Virus record (IMG/VR): IMGVR_UViG_3300013902_000267
Direction: 5' to 3' (one strand)
Length of the DNA stretch: 64,000 nucleotides
From: a virus
Lineage: Duplodnaviria > Heunggongvirae > Uroviricota > Caudoviricetes
Position 1 is the first letter of the stretch. Every line of letters starts with the position of its first letter. Position numbers and translations under genes: made by a program. Of the stretch, positions 20,643-30,827 are shown piece by piece. The notes below the pieces were generated by a model. That model was not told where the DNA came from, made no database searches, and worked only from the letters and a program-made list of their open reading frames with translations.

Positions 20643-21344
20643 TTATTTTGATAAAGTACAATTATTAAAGAAAGTACAATATGATATATTAACTATATCA
20701 TTATATATAATTGTATCAACAAGTTCATCATATCTCAAAAGAGATGCTATGAAATTTTTATTATTCTGAAATTTAACACCTGGTTGCAATATCTTCGTTT
20801 CATAATGCATCCATATATTAACATTATTAAACTTATTTTTTAATATATCTATATACTTATGATAATCATCAAATGTATTAAATACACCTTTAAATAATGT
20901 ATCTATTATGTTAATATCATTGAAATCAACACTATTTAATAAATTTAATTCATCTGTATTACATGTTTCATATATTACATTATTATCTTTATCATATGAT
21001 TTTGTATTATATAAAATAAGTTGTATATCCTTTTCAGTTGTATTAATTATTTTTATATTTCTAACTATCAACGGACATGATATAATATATGATATAGGAC
21101 ATAGTATGCAGTTCTTTTTAATATTACTATCAAATATTAATGTAACACCACCATCTGAATATTCTATATCATCTATATTATGAACAATATTAATGTTTAT
21201 ATTATAATCATTCTTTTGTTTCTTTAATTTCAGTATATCATCTTTCCATCTTTTGAATTCTAATTCTCTTTGTTCATTTAGAACCTTTGAACCAACAGAT
21301 TCATTATTTACTATGTTATCAAATTCTTCGTCAAATAAATTCAT
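20643..21344 (-). CDS. hypothetical protein (233 aa)
   Basis: Uninterrupted ORF. Confidence 0.5.
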   Translation of the reverse strand: MNLFDEEFDNIVNNESVGSKVLNEQRELEFKRWKDDILKLKKQKNDYNININIVHNIDDIEYSDGGVTLIFDSNIKKNCILCPISYIISCPLIVRNIKIINTTEKDIQLILYNTKSYDKDNNVIYETCNTDELNLLNSVDFNDINIIDTLFKGVFNTFDDYHKYIDILKNKFNNVNIWMHYETKILQPGVKFQNNKNFIASLLRYDELVDTIIYNDIVNISYCTFFNNCTLSK

Positions 21345-21435
21345 ACCTTTTTAAAATTAATCAATAATTATATAGAAAAATGATGAAAAAGTTATATATT
21401 TTCTTAAAAATATTGATATTTTAACAATAAAAAAT

Positions 21436-21467
21436 GATTCCAGTAGAAGTATACTGGAATCATTAAA
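21436..21467. terminator. terminator hairpin downstream of nrdD
   Basis: AATGATTCCAGTA-gaagta-TACTGGAATCATT immediately 3' of the nrdD stop (minus strand). Confidence 0.5.
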
Positions 21468-21489
21468 ATATTAAAATAAAATAGTTAAA

Positions 21490-21579
21490 TTAAATATTTT
21501 CTTTTGGTAAATAAACACGTGTCTTTTGTTCTTTCTGACGTCCATCAGACCAATTCGAAATTTTAGTTAAATCACAATA
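21490..21579 (-). CDS. nrdD: nrdD exon 6 (approximate)
   Basis: YCDLTKISNWSDGRQKEQKTRVYLPKENI*. Joined to exon 5 it gives RIIG-YCDL...NWSDGRQ, matching the class III RNR RVCGYLG...NFNPGK...RV C-terminus. Confidence 0.5.
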   Translation of the reverse strand, partial: YCDLTKISNWSDGRQKEQKTRVYLPKENI

Positions 21580-21818
21580 TACCCGAACTTTCATTCTATT
21601 TTAAAGGGGTTAGACTATACCACTAACTTCTTGAGTTACATCTTGGTAGTCGTTGAGGGCTTTTATTTGTTTCGTATCAAATAACTATCCCTGCTGATTA
21701 TCCATTGTTATATCATTAGAATTTTTACACTTTGGTATCTAATGCTTTAGGAACTTCCAGCATATTCGATGTTTGCTATATATGTCACCATATATAGGGG
21801 CATTTAATTAAAAATTTA
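21580..21818 (-). mobile_element. group I intron 5 in nrdD (ORF-less, about 240 nt)
   Basis: Minus-strand CTCAACGACTACCAAGATG (R) and GGTATAGTCTAACCCC (S). It splits the glycyl-radical motif between RIIG and YCDL. Confidence 0.55.
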
Positions 21819-22152
21819 CCCGATTATTCTGTCATATAAACTTACATGAACTGATCCACACTTTGGACATACACTAAATGGTGTCTTTGAAATATATCCA
21901 CAATCTTCACATTTACAATTAGGAACATTAAATGTCCAATATTGACAACCATTCTCTGCCGCAAATTTCATAATGTGAACAATCTGTTTCTTAGACAAGT
22001 GCTCTGACAAATTGAGATGCGCTGCTGAACCACCATCCAAAAAATCTCCAATATAGTTCTTACCATGTAAGGTAATCTTATCAAAGATTGACAATGTTTT
22101 ATCATTTGGTTTGAATATGTAAGACGCATACAGGTTAGTGTCTGTTGGTACC
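21819..22152 (-). CDS. nrdD: nrdD exon 5 (approximate)
   Basis: ...NCKCEDCGYISKTPFSVCPKCGSVHVSLYDRIIG is the zinc ribbon plus the start of the glycyl-radical motif. The ORF-track start is TTG. Confidence 0.5.
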
Positions 22153-22191
22153 CAATCAACTCTGTTACATGATTACATAATAATTTTAATA

Positions 22192-22479
22192 TTATTGTTG
22201 AATGTAATCTGATTTATTAATATATTCATTTAGATTTATTAAACCTGCATGAATTTTCCTATGACAATTTGAACATACACATACACATTTTTTTATTTCT
22301 TCATATAGTTTTTCTTTACCTCTCCCTCGATGTTTACCTATTGTAAAATCTTTTTCATTTGGATCTATATGATGAAAATCTATACAACATGGTTCATATT
22401 CACTACATATTATACATGGATTCTTTAATGAATATAACCATTCTGTTTTTCTTTTTTGTGAACGCTTATTTTTGTTCAT
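22192..22479 (-). CDS. small HNH endonuclease (95 aa)
   Basis: CIICS...FHHIDP...CSNCHRKIH HNH / zinc-finger motif. Confidence 0.6.
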   Translation of the reverse strand: MNKNKRSQKRKTEWLYSLKNPCIICSEYEPCCIDFHHIDPNEKDFTIGKHRGRGKEKLYEEIKKCVCVCSNCHRKIHAGLINLNEYINKSDYIQQ

Positions 22480-22612
22480 TATGTATTTCAGGATGTGCTT
22501 TTCTCATCTATTTCCTATATAATTTTCTACATTCTTTACATACTGCACGTCCTTTTTCAAACATTTCTATAGACAATTCTTTACCACATTTATTACATAT
22601 TTTTGTTGTCAT
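22466..22612 (-). CDS. small zinc-ribbon ORF (48 aa, 1 in-frame TAG), possibly an N-terminal extension of the HNH protein
   Basis: MTTKICNKCGKELSIEMFEKGRAVCKECRKLYRK(Q)MRKAHPEIHNEQK. It overlaps the HNH start in another frame. Confidence 0.3.
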
Positions 22613-22912
22613 ATATATTAAATTATGTTTTATTATTTATCACCGGAACATGACAAAAATAACATAACCCAATTATATTAATAAACGCTTAATTATTTCT
22701 AATCAAGTCTCTATGTTACCATAGAGTTCGGACTATTGCATAGTTTTGTTTCACAACAAAACTCCTTTTTATTTAGTCTCTCAGGCTGCCCATAACATTG
22801 TTGTTATTGCTTGCCCCTCGTTATCCTTACTACCGGTACCTAAGGTAATAAAATGTAAGGAACTTCGAGTCAATTAAAAAAGGTTTTACATGGACATTGT
22901 TATTGTTGTCTA

Positions 22913-23395
22913 TCCATCTTCAGAATCCCAATTATAATTCTTTATTGCCAAACTTTCAGCTGGTATACATTCAGTATTGAACGTTAACTTATGACCGTTA
23001 AATGTACCTGCAGCTTCTTGATTCTTTTGCTTTATATATCCAAATATTGTTTGACAAAGTTTTTCATAATGAGGATTTACATTACAAGTAATTCCTAAGA
23101 ATTCTGCCATTTGATTAAGACCATTCAAACCAATTGTTAAATATTGCTTATTCAAATTAATAAACCCTGCTTTATATACAGGTAATAATCCTGCGTCATA
23201 CATATCCCAAAGAAGTTCATTATATGCTGTATGATATTTATATACTCTATCAAGAATATTACCAAAATATTCGCACATATCATCATAATGCTCTTCTACA
23301 TTTTCTTTTGTTACTCCAGATTTCTTAACACTGTTAAACCAGTCTTGAGTTATGCGACTAAGATTCAGGGTTATCACACTTTTACTTCCTGTTTG
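22913..23395 (-). CDS. nrdD: nrdD exon 4 (approximate)
   Basis: ...RKRQTGSKSVITLNLSRITQDW...LNKQYLTIGLNGLNQMAEFLGI...FNTECIPAESLAIKNYNWDSEDG. The exon ORF stops at a TAG beside the intron. The ORF-track start is GTG, not a true initiator. Confidence 0.5.
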
Positions 23396-24600
23396 ACGTT
23401 TTCTCCATATATTTCTATATGGTCCGGGTCATATCTTATGTTTATTTAAATAATAAACATTGCACTATTTCGGCATTTAAAACGATTCGTTTCCTAAAAC
23501 GTTACTACGTATCAATAGTAGTCCTACTCCACCTGCTCATCACTTAGGGGATGACCTCCACACACATTAATAATTTTTATATGTTCTACCTATTAACATA
23601 TTCCTAAAATTATTCATTAAATAATTTTTATATTTACCGATTTTTAATTCTTCAATAGATTTGCCATTATTATATTGTTCTCTTAAATAAACAACTTCAT
23701 CTTTAGATAACAATGGTAACTTCTATTTACATTTATCAGTTCTAATAGGCATTTTTACATGCATATATGATTTTCCAAATAATATTTTATTAAATCCACT
23801 CCATGAATATAAATTACTATATTCTTTAAAAATATCATCTTCTTTTTCACCATTTACAAAATATCTTATTCTTATGTTTAATACTTCTTCATCAGATAAA
23901 TTCTTAGAATTTGCATGCATATTTCCTCTACGTGTTCTTCGATCTGATTTATAAAAATCATTTACTTTATCTGTATTATATTCTATACCAATTTCAGGTC
24001 TTGTATAATAATGCCAATATTTTGAAAATCCACTTTTTGACATTCTATCTTTATACATTTCATATACTTCTCCAAAAGTATATTTCATAGAATAACGTAT
24101 TTTTCTTAATTCTAATAATTCATTATCATTTAATATTGCTTTGGGATGCTCCTCCCCAACTTTTATTATAGTTGCAGAATGTCCACCCAATGTAGAATTA
24201 TATCCATTATTATAACTATCATATAATTTAATGTAATATATTTCTTTATTATCAGCTTCATCCTAATTAGGAACATTATCTTCTAATATTGAAAAATTTG
24301 ATTCATTAATATTATATTTTCTCATTGCTCTATATAATTTATAATCACTATGTTTCATATCATTTAAATGTTCTCTTACTCTTATATGATAATGATGTGT
24401 CTACCCAATATATACTTTTCCATTAGGAAATGATATTTTATAAATTGTAAATATTTTATTCATATATTATAAATGTAAAATTATAACATATTTATATTAA
24501 CTTGGCTCGGTATTACCATGCATATAGTTTCACAACTTATGTTTAGGCTTCACCGATGCATTAATATCGCTATATTAATACATTGCTTGATTAGCAATTA
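23396..24600 (-). mobile_element. group I intron 3 in nrdD, carrying a GIY-YIG endonuclease ORF
   Basis: R-like GGAGTAGGACTAC and S-like AAGATATGACCCGG on the minus strand near 23425-23530, 3' of the ORF. Confidence 0.5.
23723..24463 (-). CDS. GIY-YIG homing endonuclease (246 aa), 2 in-frame TAG
   Basis: N-terminal IYKISFPNGKVYIG(Q)T...RVREH GIY-YIG motif, with a TAG inside the YIGxT block. C-terminal GEEHPKAILNDNELLELRKIRY DNA-binding module. ORF 23723..24190 is only its C-terminal part. Confidence 0.65.
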
Positions 24601-25440
24601 AGCACATAAAGGACCCAAGTTGATCCCTAAATTTCCATTTGTGAAGTTGAATTCCTTTGTTTGTATCTTATTCTTAAGTCTGCAGTTATGTGTTATATTT
24701 CCATTAGGCATTAAGAAATATGGTTCAAGATTCTTATCGCAGAGTTCTACACAATAATAATCTTTTGGTTCATCAAGATTTACAACTTCAACCTTTGTAA
24801 TTTTTCTTATAACAATGTCTTGATCTACATCTTTAAAATCATTTCTAAACATACCCATATATTGTCCATACTCAAAGATAAGTTGATCTCCTGTTTGAAG
24901 CAAATATGCTTGCTTATCTTTAATCATCTTATCATCATCAATAATAGGGAATATATGATCCGGTGTAACTCTCATTACATTTCGTGATTCATCCGGATTA
25001 AAATCGTCTGGAGCGAAATAAATTCTTACTTCTTGAACTGCTTCTGCTTTTACAAACTTAGCATTTACCCATTCACCTGTACATTTACCTGTTGTACCAT
25101 TAAAATTCATATGATATACATTAATAATTTCATCCTTATGCTTTTCATATGCATTTTTAAATGACTCAACCATATATGCGTTTGAACCTGCGTTTTCTTC
25201 CATATTACAAGGTTCTACATACATGAATGGAGTATCACCATCGAAACAACAACTTGATAATGAATCAACTGTATCTGACATATATGTAAAGAATGAATGA
25301 CCTCTTGCATATTCATCCGCCACAAAATCTGCAGATTCCTTATCAAGGAATTCTCCATCCTTATATACTAATGCGAAACTTTCCCATTTATATTCTATAT
25401 AGTTCGTTACACTATATACGTTCATAATAATGAACTGCTT
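24601..25440 (-). CDS. nrdD: nrdD exon 3 including a mini-intein (approximate boundaries)
   Basis: ...GHSFFTYMSDTVDSLSSC, then the intein, then CRLKNKIQTKEFNFTNG... Removing the intein reconstitutes SCCRL. Confidence 0.5.
24685..25248 (-). mobile_element. mini-intein (188 aa) inserted at the nrdD SCCRL active-site motif
   Basis: Begins with Cys1 in CFDGDT (intein block A). Ends ...DYYCVEL...PYFLMPNGNITHN (blocks F and G, terminal HN), immediately followed by extein Cys (CRL). No endonuclease domain is visible. Confidence 0.6.
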
Positions 25441-26214
25441 TATGTTACCATAAAGATTAGACTATATCACAATCCTATAAATATAGGATTCTCCCCATTT
25501 CCACTCACTTGAGTGTACTTCCTTTCGGAATAGTCGTTGAACCTTATTATATAAATGAATATTTATGACCATAATATAATCTATTTGCATTTATCGATTT
25601 TACTAATCCTGATATACATGCAGTTCCTCCAATATTTTTAATAACTTCGGACATTGATGAATATATTATATTATTATCTAAACATTTTATTTTCTTTGGA
25701 AACGTTTTTCCCTTCATCGTATTACCAAATGTTTTAATAGAATATAATTCATTCTCTGATTGTGTGCACCATTCTAAATTATCTACTCTATTATCTGATC
25801 TATTACCATTTAAATGATTTACAAATGGTTTATTTTCAGGATTTGGTATAAATTCTTGAGCAACAAGTCTATGACATAAATATCTAGTTTTAATAGAATT
25901 TTGCATTAATGATATTCTTAAATAACCATCTAATGTATATTCTACTTTTAATGGTTTACCTTTATACGGACGTAATCCACCCCATCTACAAGGCACCATT
26001 CTATCTTTACTTCTGAAATTACCTAAATTACTAACTTCAAATGCGCCATCATATCCTGTTATACTTTTCCAAATTTCTTCCATAATATTCTCTTATATAA
26101 TCTTGGTTGCTGATTATCTAATAACTTCGCATATTTATTAGAGTTCCCAGCAGTTAAAGGAGTTTTTCAATAATAAATTACTTTATTATGCCGCAGATTG
26201 ATTTACGGGGAAGG
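25441..26214 (-). mobile_element. group I intron 2 in nrdD, carrying an HNH endonuclease ORF
   Basis: R-like GTTCAACGACTATTCC and S-like GTGATATAGTCTAATC on the minus strand at 25450-25535. Confidence 0.55.
25547..26083 (-). CDS. HNH homing endonuclease with NUMOD4-like N-terminus (178 aa)
   Basis: WKSITGYDGAFEVSNLGNFRS (NUMOD4-like). NHLNGNRSDNRVDNLEW is an HNH_3-type motif. Confidence 0.65.
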   Translation of the reverse strand: MEEIWKSITGYDGAFEVSNLGNFRSKDRMVPCRWGGLRPYKGKPLKVEYTLDGYLRISLMQNSIKTRYLCHRLVAQEFIPNPENKPFVNHLNGNRSDNRVDNLEWCTQSENELYSIKTFGNTMKGKTFPKKIKCLDNNIIYSSMSEVIKNIGGTACISGLVKSINANRLYYGHKYSFI

Positions 26215-26452
26215 TGATTATCGTACGAAGACGTTCCTTATTAAACCATATCATGAAGTCTTTCTGTAACCATGAAACACTTTCCCAACATGGTCTTGTT
26301 CCTTCTTCATCAGGAAATACAAATTCACCAAACATACCTTCAAAGAACGGTTTATCAAAATAAGAGAAATTTACAACATTTTTTCTTCTACATAAATCGT
26401 TACTTTATGTACGTTACTATTTGTAACTGCTCTATGATTTCCATAGACGATT
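26215..26452 (-). CDS. nrdD: nrdD exon 2 (approximate)
   Basis: Open frame ...NVVNFSYFDKPFFEGMFGEFVFPDEEGTRPCWESVSWLQKDFMIWFNKERLRTIITFPV between two intron cores. Confidence 0.4.
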
Positions 26453-27839
26453 AACGAATTTCACGTTAAAAGGGTTTGTTTAAACCGTTTAGACTATATC
26501 ACCAAATTTAATTTTCTTAAATTTGCACCTACACTTCCATAACACTTGTTATGTACTCTACTAACTCATTTAAAGTTTTCGATAGTCGTTGAACTTTTAT
26601 CCTTGTAGGATAATTAGCTGCGTATGATTACCCAATCTTTATCGTTTTTACAATCTGATAGCCGTTATACTATCTGCTACTATCTATGTTACCATGATAT
26701 GCTGTAGATAAAGCTCTAAGGGACTTCCCGCAATTCAAGGTGTTTATTAACGTCAGCACATGTAATTTCTCTTATAATTTAATTATTACCAAAATTATGT
26801 ATTTTATACATGTGACAATTTTTACAATATGTTATAAGATTATCTATGTTATTAAGTTCTTTATTTTTTATCGCTAAATTAAATAATTCATCAAAATTAT
26901 CAGTAGGATTTAATTCTGGATGTTCTGATAATAAATTATGAAATAATATTTTAAATGGAACTATATGATGAACTTGAAGATTTTCATGACAACCGCATAG
27001 CTAACAAGTATTATGATCTCTCTCTATAACTTCTGGAACTAATCGATTAAAATATGTTCTTATTTTATTACCTAATCTTGTAGTATCTGTTGTATATGGA
27101 ATATTAGTAATATTTAAACTATTTAATACTCTATTAATTACAGCTATTGTACAATTATATCTCCGTGCCAATTCTGTTTTTGATATTGACTATTCAATAT
27201 ATAAATTATATAATTTTTTATAATCATTAAAATCTTCTGGTATTTCTTTTTTATGATAATTCCACATAGATTCTGCAAAAGTACGTCTTTTAATCCCATT
27301 ATGTTTTAAATGACTTCTTATAGTAGTTGCTGAACAGTTAAATATTTTACCTATTTCTACTGTAGATTTACCATCATTATATAATTTTATTATTTCCTAA
27401 TCATTTGTATCATCATATTGTTCATAAACTTCATAATTAGTATTTTTTATATTATATTTTTTAAAATATCTATTAATAGTACCTTTATGACATTTATATA
27501 TTTCTGAAATTTCTTTCATTGTTAAACCATTATTAACATAATTTATTAAATCTTCTTTTTTAATTATTAATTTAGATTTTTCAATATTCCATTTTCTTAA
27601 ATATTCTTTAATATTTGCTAATGTTGTATTTCCTTCTTTAGCACACTATTTTCGTGTTAAACCTTTAATAACATAATTTTCATATAACCAATCTCTATCT
27701 TTTGTAAAATATCTATAATTAGACATAATTTCAGATATGTAAAATTACATACAGGATTATGTAATTTTTAATTTATTTTAGTTTATGCTGACTATAATCC
27801 TCTGGAGGCCGCAGGTTGGTTAATTGAATACACGACCTA
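26453..27839 (-). mobile_element. group I intron 1 in nrdD, carrying an HNH homing endonuclease ORF
   Basis: Minus-strand AATTGCGGGAAG (P element), GTTCAACGACTATCG (R) and GGTGATATAGTCTAAAC (S) lie 3' of the ORF. Confidence 0.6.
26779..27726 (-). CDS. HNH homing endonuclease (315 aa) with repeated HTH modules; 4 in-frame TAG
   Basis: C-terminal C(Q)LCGCHENLQVHHIVPF...NLITYCKNCH HNH motif, where the first CxxC includes a TAG codon. Three GxxxxEIxxxxxxxxxTI HTH-like repeats. ATG at 27726, TAA at 26779. Confidence 0.65.
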
Positions 27840-28901
27840 TTGAAAGAATTGTTGAATACATGAACCAATAGTTCTTGTACCATCACCTATCTTAATAGGA
27901 TTCGTAAAATCTTTTATTGAACCTTCAACATCATATTGTGATAATTCTTTCTCATATGCTTCAAGTTCTTCATCTGTTAACTCTCTTTCTGAATTATAAA
28001 CAAGTTCATCACGAAGTTTGTTTAATTCGTCTGAACCAAAATCATGTTTTCTCAATGTATCTACATCTTTACACCAATAATTAGATTCATTAAGAAGTTT
28101 CCTATATTTAGGCCCAATCTTATAAAATTCTTTACTATGCAAATGATAATCTTCACCAAACTCTTTTCTTGCAAAATAATCAAAATAAACAAGAAATTCC
28201 GATGTTGCAACTGCACCTGCAAATTGAGCAGCAACTGCAAATACAAGATTTACATACATACCACAATAAGAATCAAGATTTTGTGGATGACATGAAAGAC
28301 CTCCTATTTTTTCTAAACCATTATGAAGGAATGGATACATAGTTATACTTGTGCAATACGGACTTATGGCACCAGCGAAGCTAGACTCATCGTTCTTATA
28401 TATAATATGGTTTTTTAAATCTTTTTGATATTGTTTTGCTTTAAAATTTGGATATAGTTCTTTAAGTTTCCTTGTAATCATACCTCTGCTTACAAGAATA
28501 TTATCAGCTTTATGAATTTCAGCATTTAATACACCGATATTCTTAGAAGAAACATTAGAATTATCATCTACAGTACTATTTGCAGTATTAGATGCATTCT
28601 TATATCTTTCAATAAATGCTTCCTTATTAGCAACCCATTCTCTAATTTCCTTTTTCTTGTTACGATAAAGAATAAATTCTTTCGCAACTTTAGGATAATC
28701 ATGAGAATACAAACTTGTTTCAATTTGATCCTGTATTTCCTCTACAGGAATACCATCATATGGTGTTATTGAGTTTGCAATATTAGCTATAGTATCTTTA
28801 GTATACTTAGTTTTCGTAGACTTAAACGCCTCACGAATCGCTCGTTTAACTGTCTAAACACTATAGTTCTCAAAACTACCATCACGTTTCGTTACCTTCA
28901 T
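27840..28901 (-). CDS. nrdD: nrdD exon 1 (approximate 3' boundary)
   Basis: ATG at 28901. ATP-cone, then the YCTSITMYPFLHNGLEKIGGLSCHPQNLDSYCGMY region. Contains in-frame TAG. The exon ORF closes at a TAG next to the intron. Confidence 0.55.
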
Positions 28902-29038
28902 ACTTAGTTTTCTTTCTATTTTATTTTTGGTAAAATATTTATTCTCGACTATGAGAATTTTTCAAAATATTATTTTATATATTATATAAAAAAATGCAAA
29001 TGAAGTCTTATAACAAACATCATTTGCATTAAAATATT

Positions 29039-29758
29039 TTAATTATTTTTAAAAATTTTTTCTTTCCAATAATTAAAGTCAATATCTTTGATTTGATATT
29101 GAATTAAATTTCCAGTTAATACATCAGAAAGTTTTACAGGTTTATAATCATTTCCATCAACACCAACATCATATGTCATTGCTTTTTCTTTTAATTTCTT
29201 AGCAATATTTGCATCTGTACCTGTATATGTTTCAACATTCTTTGGTGTATGCAGATGTCCATGTATATTGAACTTTCCTAAAAATTGACCATCACAATGT
29301 GGATAATGTGAAACTGTAAATTGAAGAATTATTTTATCTTTATAATCGTCATATATTTGTACAATAAGTTCTGTACTCCAATATACTTTACTATTCTCAT
29401 TATATGGCATCATATTCCTTCTTTGCAATACATTCTTTACATCATGATTTCCAATAATATTATAAATCTTTTCAGCATTAATATTATTAACCATTTCATC
29501 ATATGTACTTACATTACTAAATATAAAATCACCACAATTTATAAGTATTGGATTAACGCATTCAGATAAAGTTTCATTAAGATTATCAAATAAAACTTTA
29601 TTCATTTCTTGTACATCTTTAAATGGTCGATTACAATATTTTATTATATTTGCATGATTTGCATGTATATCACTAGTAAAAAATATTCTATTTATATCAG
29701 ATACTTTAAACTTTAATATATGCGGCCCCATTACTACTGTTTTCTTTTCTTGCTTCAT
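29039..29758 (-). CDS. calcineurin-like metallophosphoesterase
   Basis: Motifs DIHANH, GDF, GNHD, HGHLH. Confidence 0.65.
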   Translation of the reverse strand: MKQEKKTVVMGPHILKFKVSDINRIFFTSDIHANHANIIKYCNRPFKDVQEMNKVLFDNLNETLSECVNPILINCGDFIFSNVSTYDEMVNNINAEKIYNIIGNHDVKNVLQRRNMMPYNENSKVYWSTELIVQIYDDYKDKIILQFTVSHYPHCDGQFLGKFNIHGHLHTPKNVETYTGTDANIAKKLKEKAMTYDVGVDGNDYKPVKLSDVLTGNLIQYQIKDIDFNYWKEKIFKNN

Positions 29759-29761
29759 TAT

Positions 29762-30016
29762 TTACCAAAATCCCCTTTTATAATCTTCATATTCTACATA
29801 ACATCTTTCTACATTCCTAAATAGAATTTTAAAATAACGTGGAAGTTCATCATACATTAATGCTAAACATTGATCTACACTTAATGGATCAACTATATAT
29901 TCATGTCCAGATAATTCCCAACATTTAGTTATAAGTTTTGCTTCACTTTCAACATAATCACACATAAATGGAGCAATCCATATATTACCAGAGTTCTTAA
30001 TTGTTACAATTCTCAT
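29762..30016 (-). CDS. hypothetical protein (84 aa)
   Basis: Uninterrupted ORF. Confidence 0.45.
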   Translation of the reverse strand: MRIVTIKNSGNIWIAPFMCDYVESEAKLITKCWELSGHEYIVDPLSVDQCLALMYDELPRYFKILFRNVERCYVEYEDYKRGFW

Positions 30017-30018
30017 TA

Positions 30019-30822
30019 TTACATATTTCTAAATGAAGTTTTTGGATCAAAACCTGCATTTATAATTTTTGTTTTATTATCAGGTAAGCATTCAGGTTCT
30101 TTCTTTGTTTCCCAAAGAAAATTCTCTATATCTATATAAACATTCTGTTCATTCGTTATTCTACTTCTATTTGAACCTAATACATCAAACTTTTGTTTTA
30201 CAAATATAGGATTAATTGTTAATCCTGCATTACCATCAAGATAGTGAGAAATATCATCTGATTCATTAGCATACATAAAAGTAGGTGATTCAAGCTTTCT
30301 GAATATATCTGGATTCTCTATTTTCCAACTTTGTTTTTCAAATTCAAATTTAGGAATATACCACCTACTATTTCTATCATACAATTTATCAATATGAAGC
30401 TTTTCTCTTAATCCATTTTTCTTACAATATTCATCAAATTTACATTGGACCTTATTATAAATTTTATCCCACAAATTCTTATCATGTACATATTCTTCAG
30501 CAACTGGTATAGGATTTAATTCAATAGGGACATATGTATTTCTTGTAATTTTATGCATAATTACATAAAATGGACATATATAGATATAAGGATAAAATCC
30601 ACATACAATAGATTCCATCCATGCTACATAATCTTCTTTAAATCCATATGTATGAAAATAAAGATGTCCATAATCATGAATTTCCTTTATAATAGATTTA
30701 TATTTTTTATCATCTTTATCTATTTGTATAGGATTACGTACATAGGTAATACTTTCATCTGGTTTACCAAGAATAAATCCAAATGAATCATAAAAATCCT
30801 TATATTTTGATACTATTTTCAT
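30019..30822 (-). CDS. hypothetical protein (267 aa)
   Basis: Uninterrupted ORF. Confidence 0.5.
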   Translation of the reverse strand: MKIVSKYKDFYDSFGFILGKPDESITYVRNPIQIDKDDKKYKSIIKEIHDYGHLYFHTYGFKEDYVAWMESIVCGFYPYIYICPFYVIMHKITRNTYVPIELNPIPVAEEYVHDKNLWDKIYNKVQCKFDEYCKKNGLREKLHIDKLYDRNSRWYIPKFEFEKQSWKIENPDIFRKLESPTFMYANESDDISHYLDGNAGLTINPIFVKQKFDVLGSNRSRITNEQNVYIDIENFLWETKKEPECLPDNKTKIINAGFDPKTSFRNM

Positions 30823-30827
30823 AATGA

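Larger units (their letters stand above)
22153..22912 (-). mobile_element. group I intron 4 in nrdD, carrying an HNH ORF
   Basis: Minus-strand TGAGAGACTAAATAAA (R-like, compare td-type UCAGAGACUACA) and GCAATAGTCCGAAC (S-like) near 22720-22790. Confidence 0.5.
21490..28901 (-). other. nrdD: anaerobic ribonucleoside-triphosphate reductase gene (nrdD), split into about 6 exons by 5 group I introns and carrying a mini-intein
   Basis: The N-terminus MKVTKRDGSFENYSV(Q)TVKRAIREAF is an ATP-cone. Exon pieces carry the SCCRL active-site motif, (V)ITLNLSRI, FNTECIPAES, a C-terminal CxxC...CxxCGS zinc ribbon, the RIIG-Y glycyl-radical motif and NWSDGRQKEQKTRVY. The pieces are separated by segments containing the group I P/Q/R/S elements. 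Confidence 0.7.

Noticed and set aside
24598-24640. Treating the C-terminal GNLGINLGPLCA* of ORF 24598..25425 as the genuine NrdD GVVTINLPR block.
   Set aside because: A better match (SKSVITLNLSRI) is encoded in exon 4 just 3' of intron 3. The 24598 TAA stop and the resemblance are more likely intron-encoded read-through, so the exon 3/intron 3 junction is left approximate.
22910-25425. ORF-track 'Met' starts of nrdD exon ORFs (22910..23377, 21816..22094) and of 45689..45883 and 58620..59030.
   Set aside because: Their first codons are GTG or TTG artefacts of ORF finding. The true frames continue upstream, as exon sequence or through TAG, so they are not independent genes.
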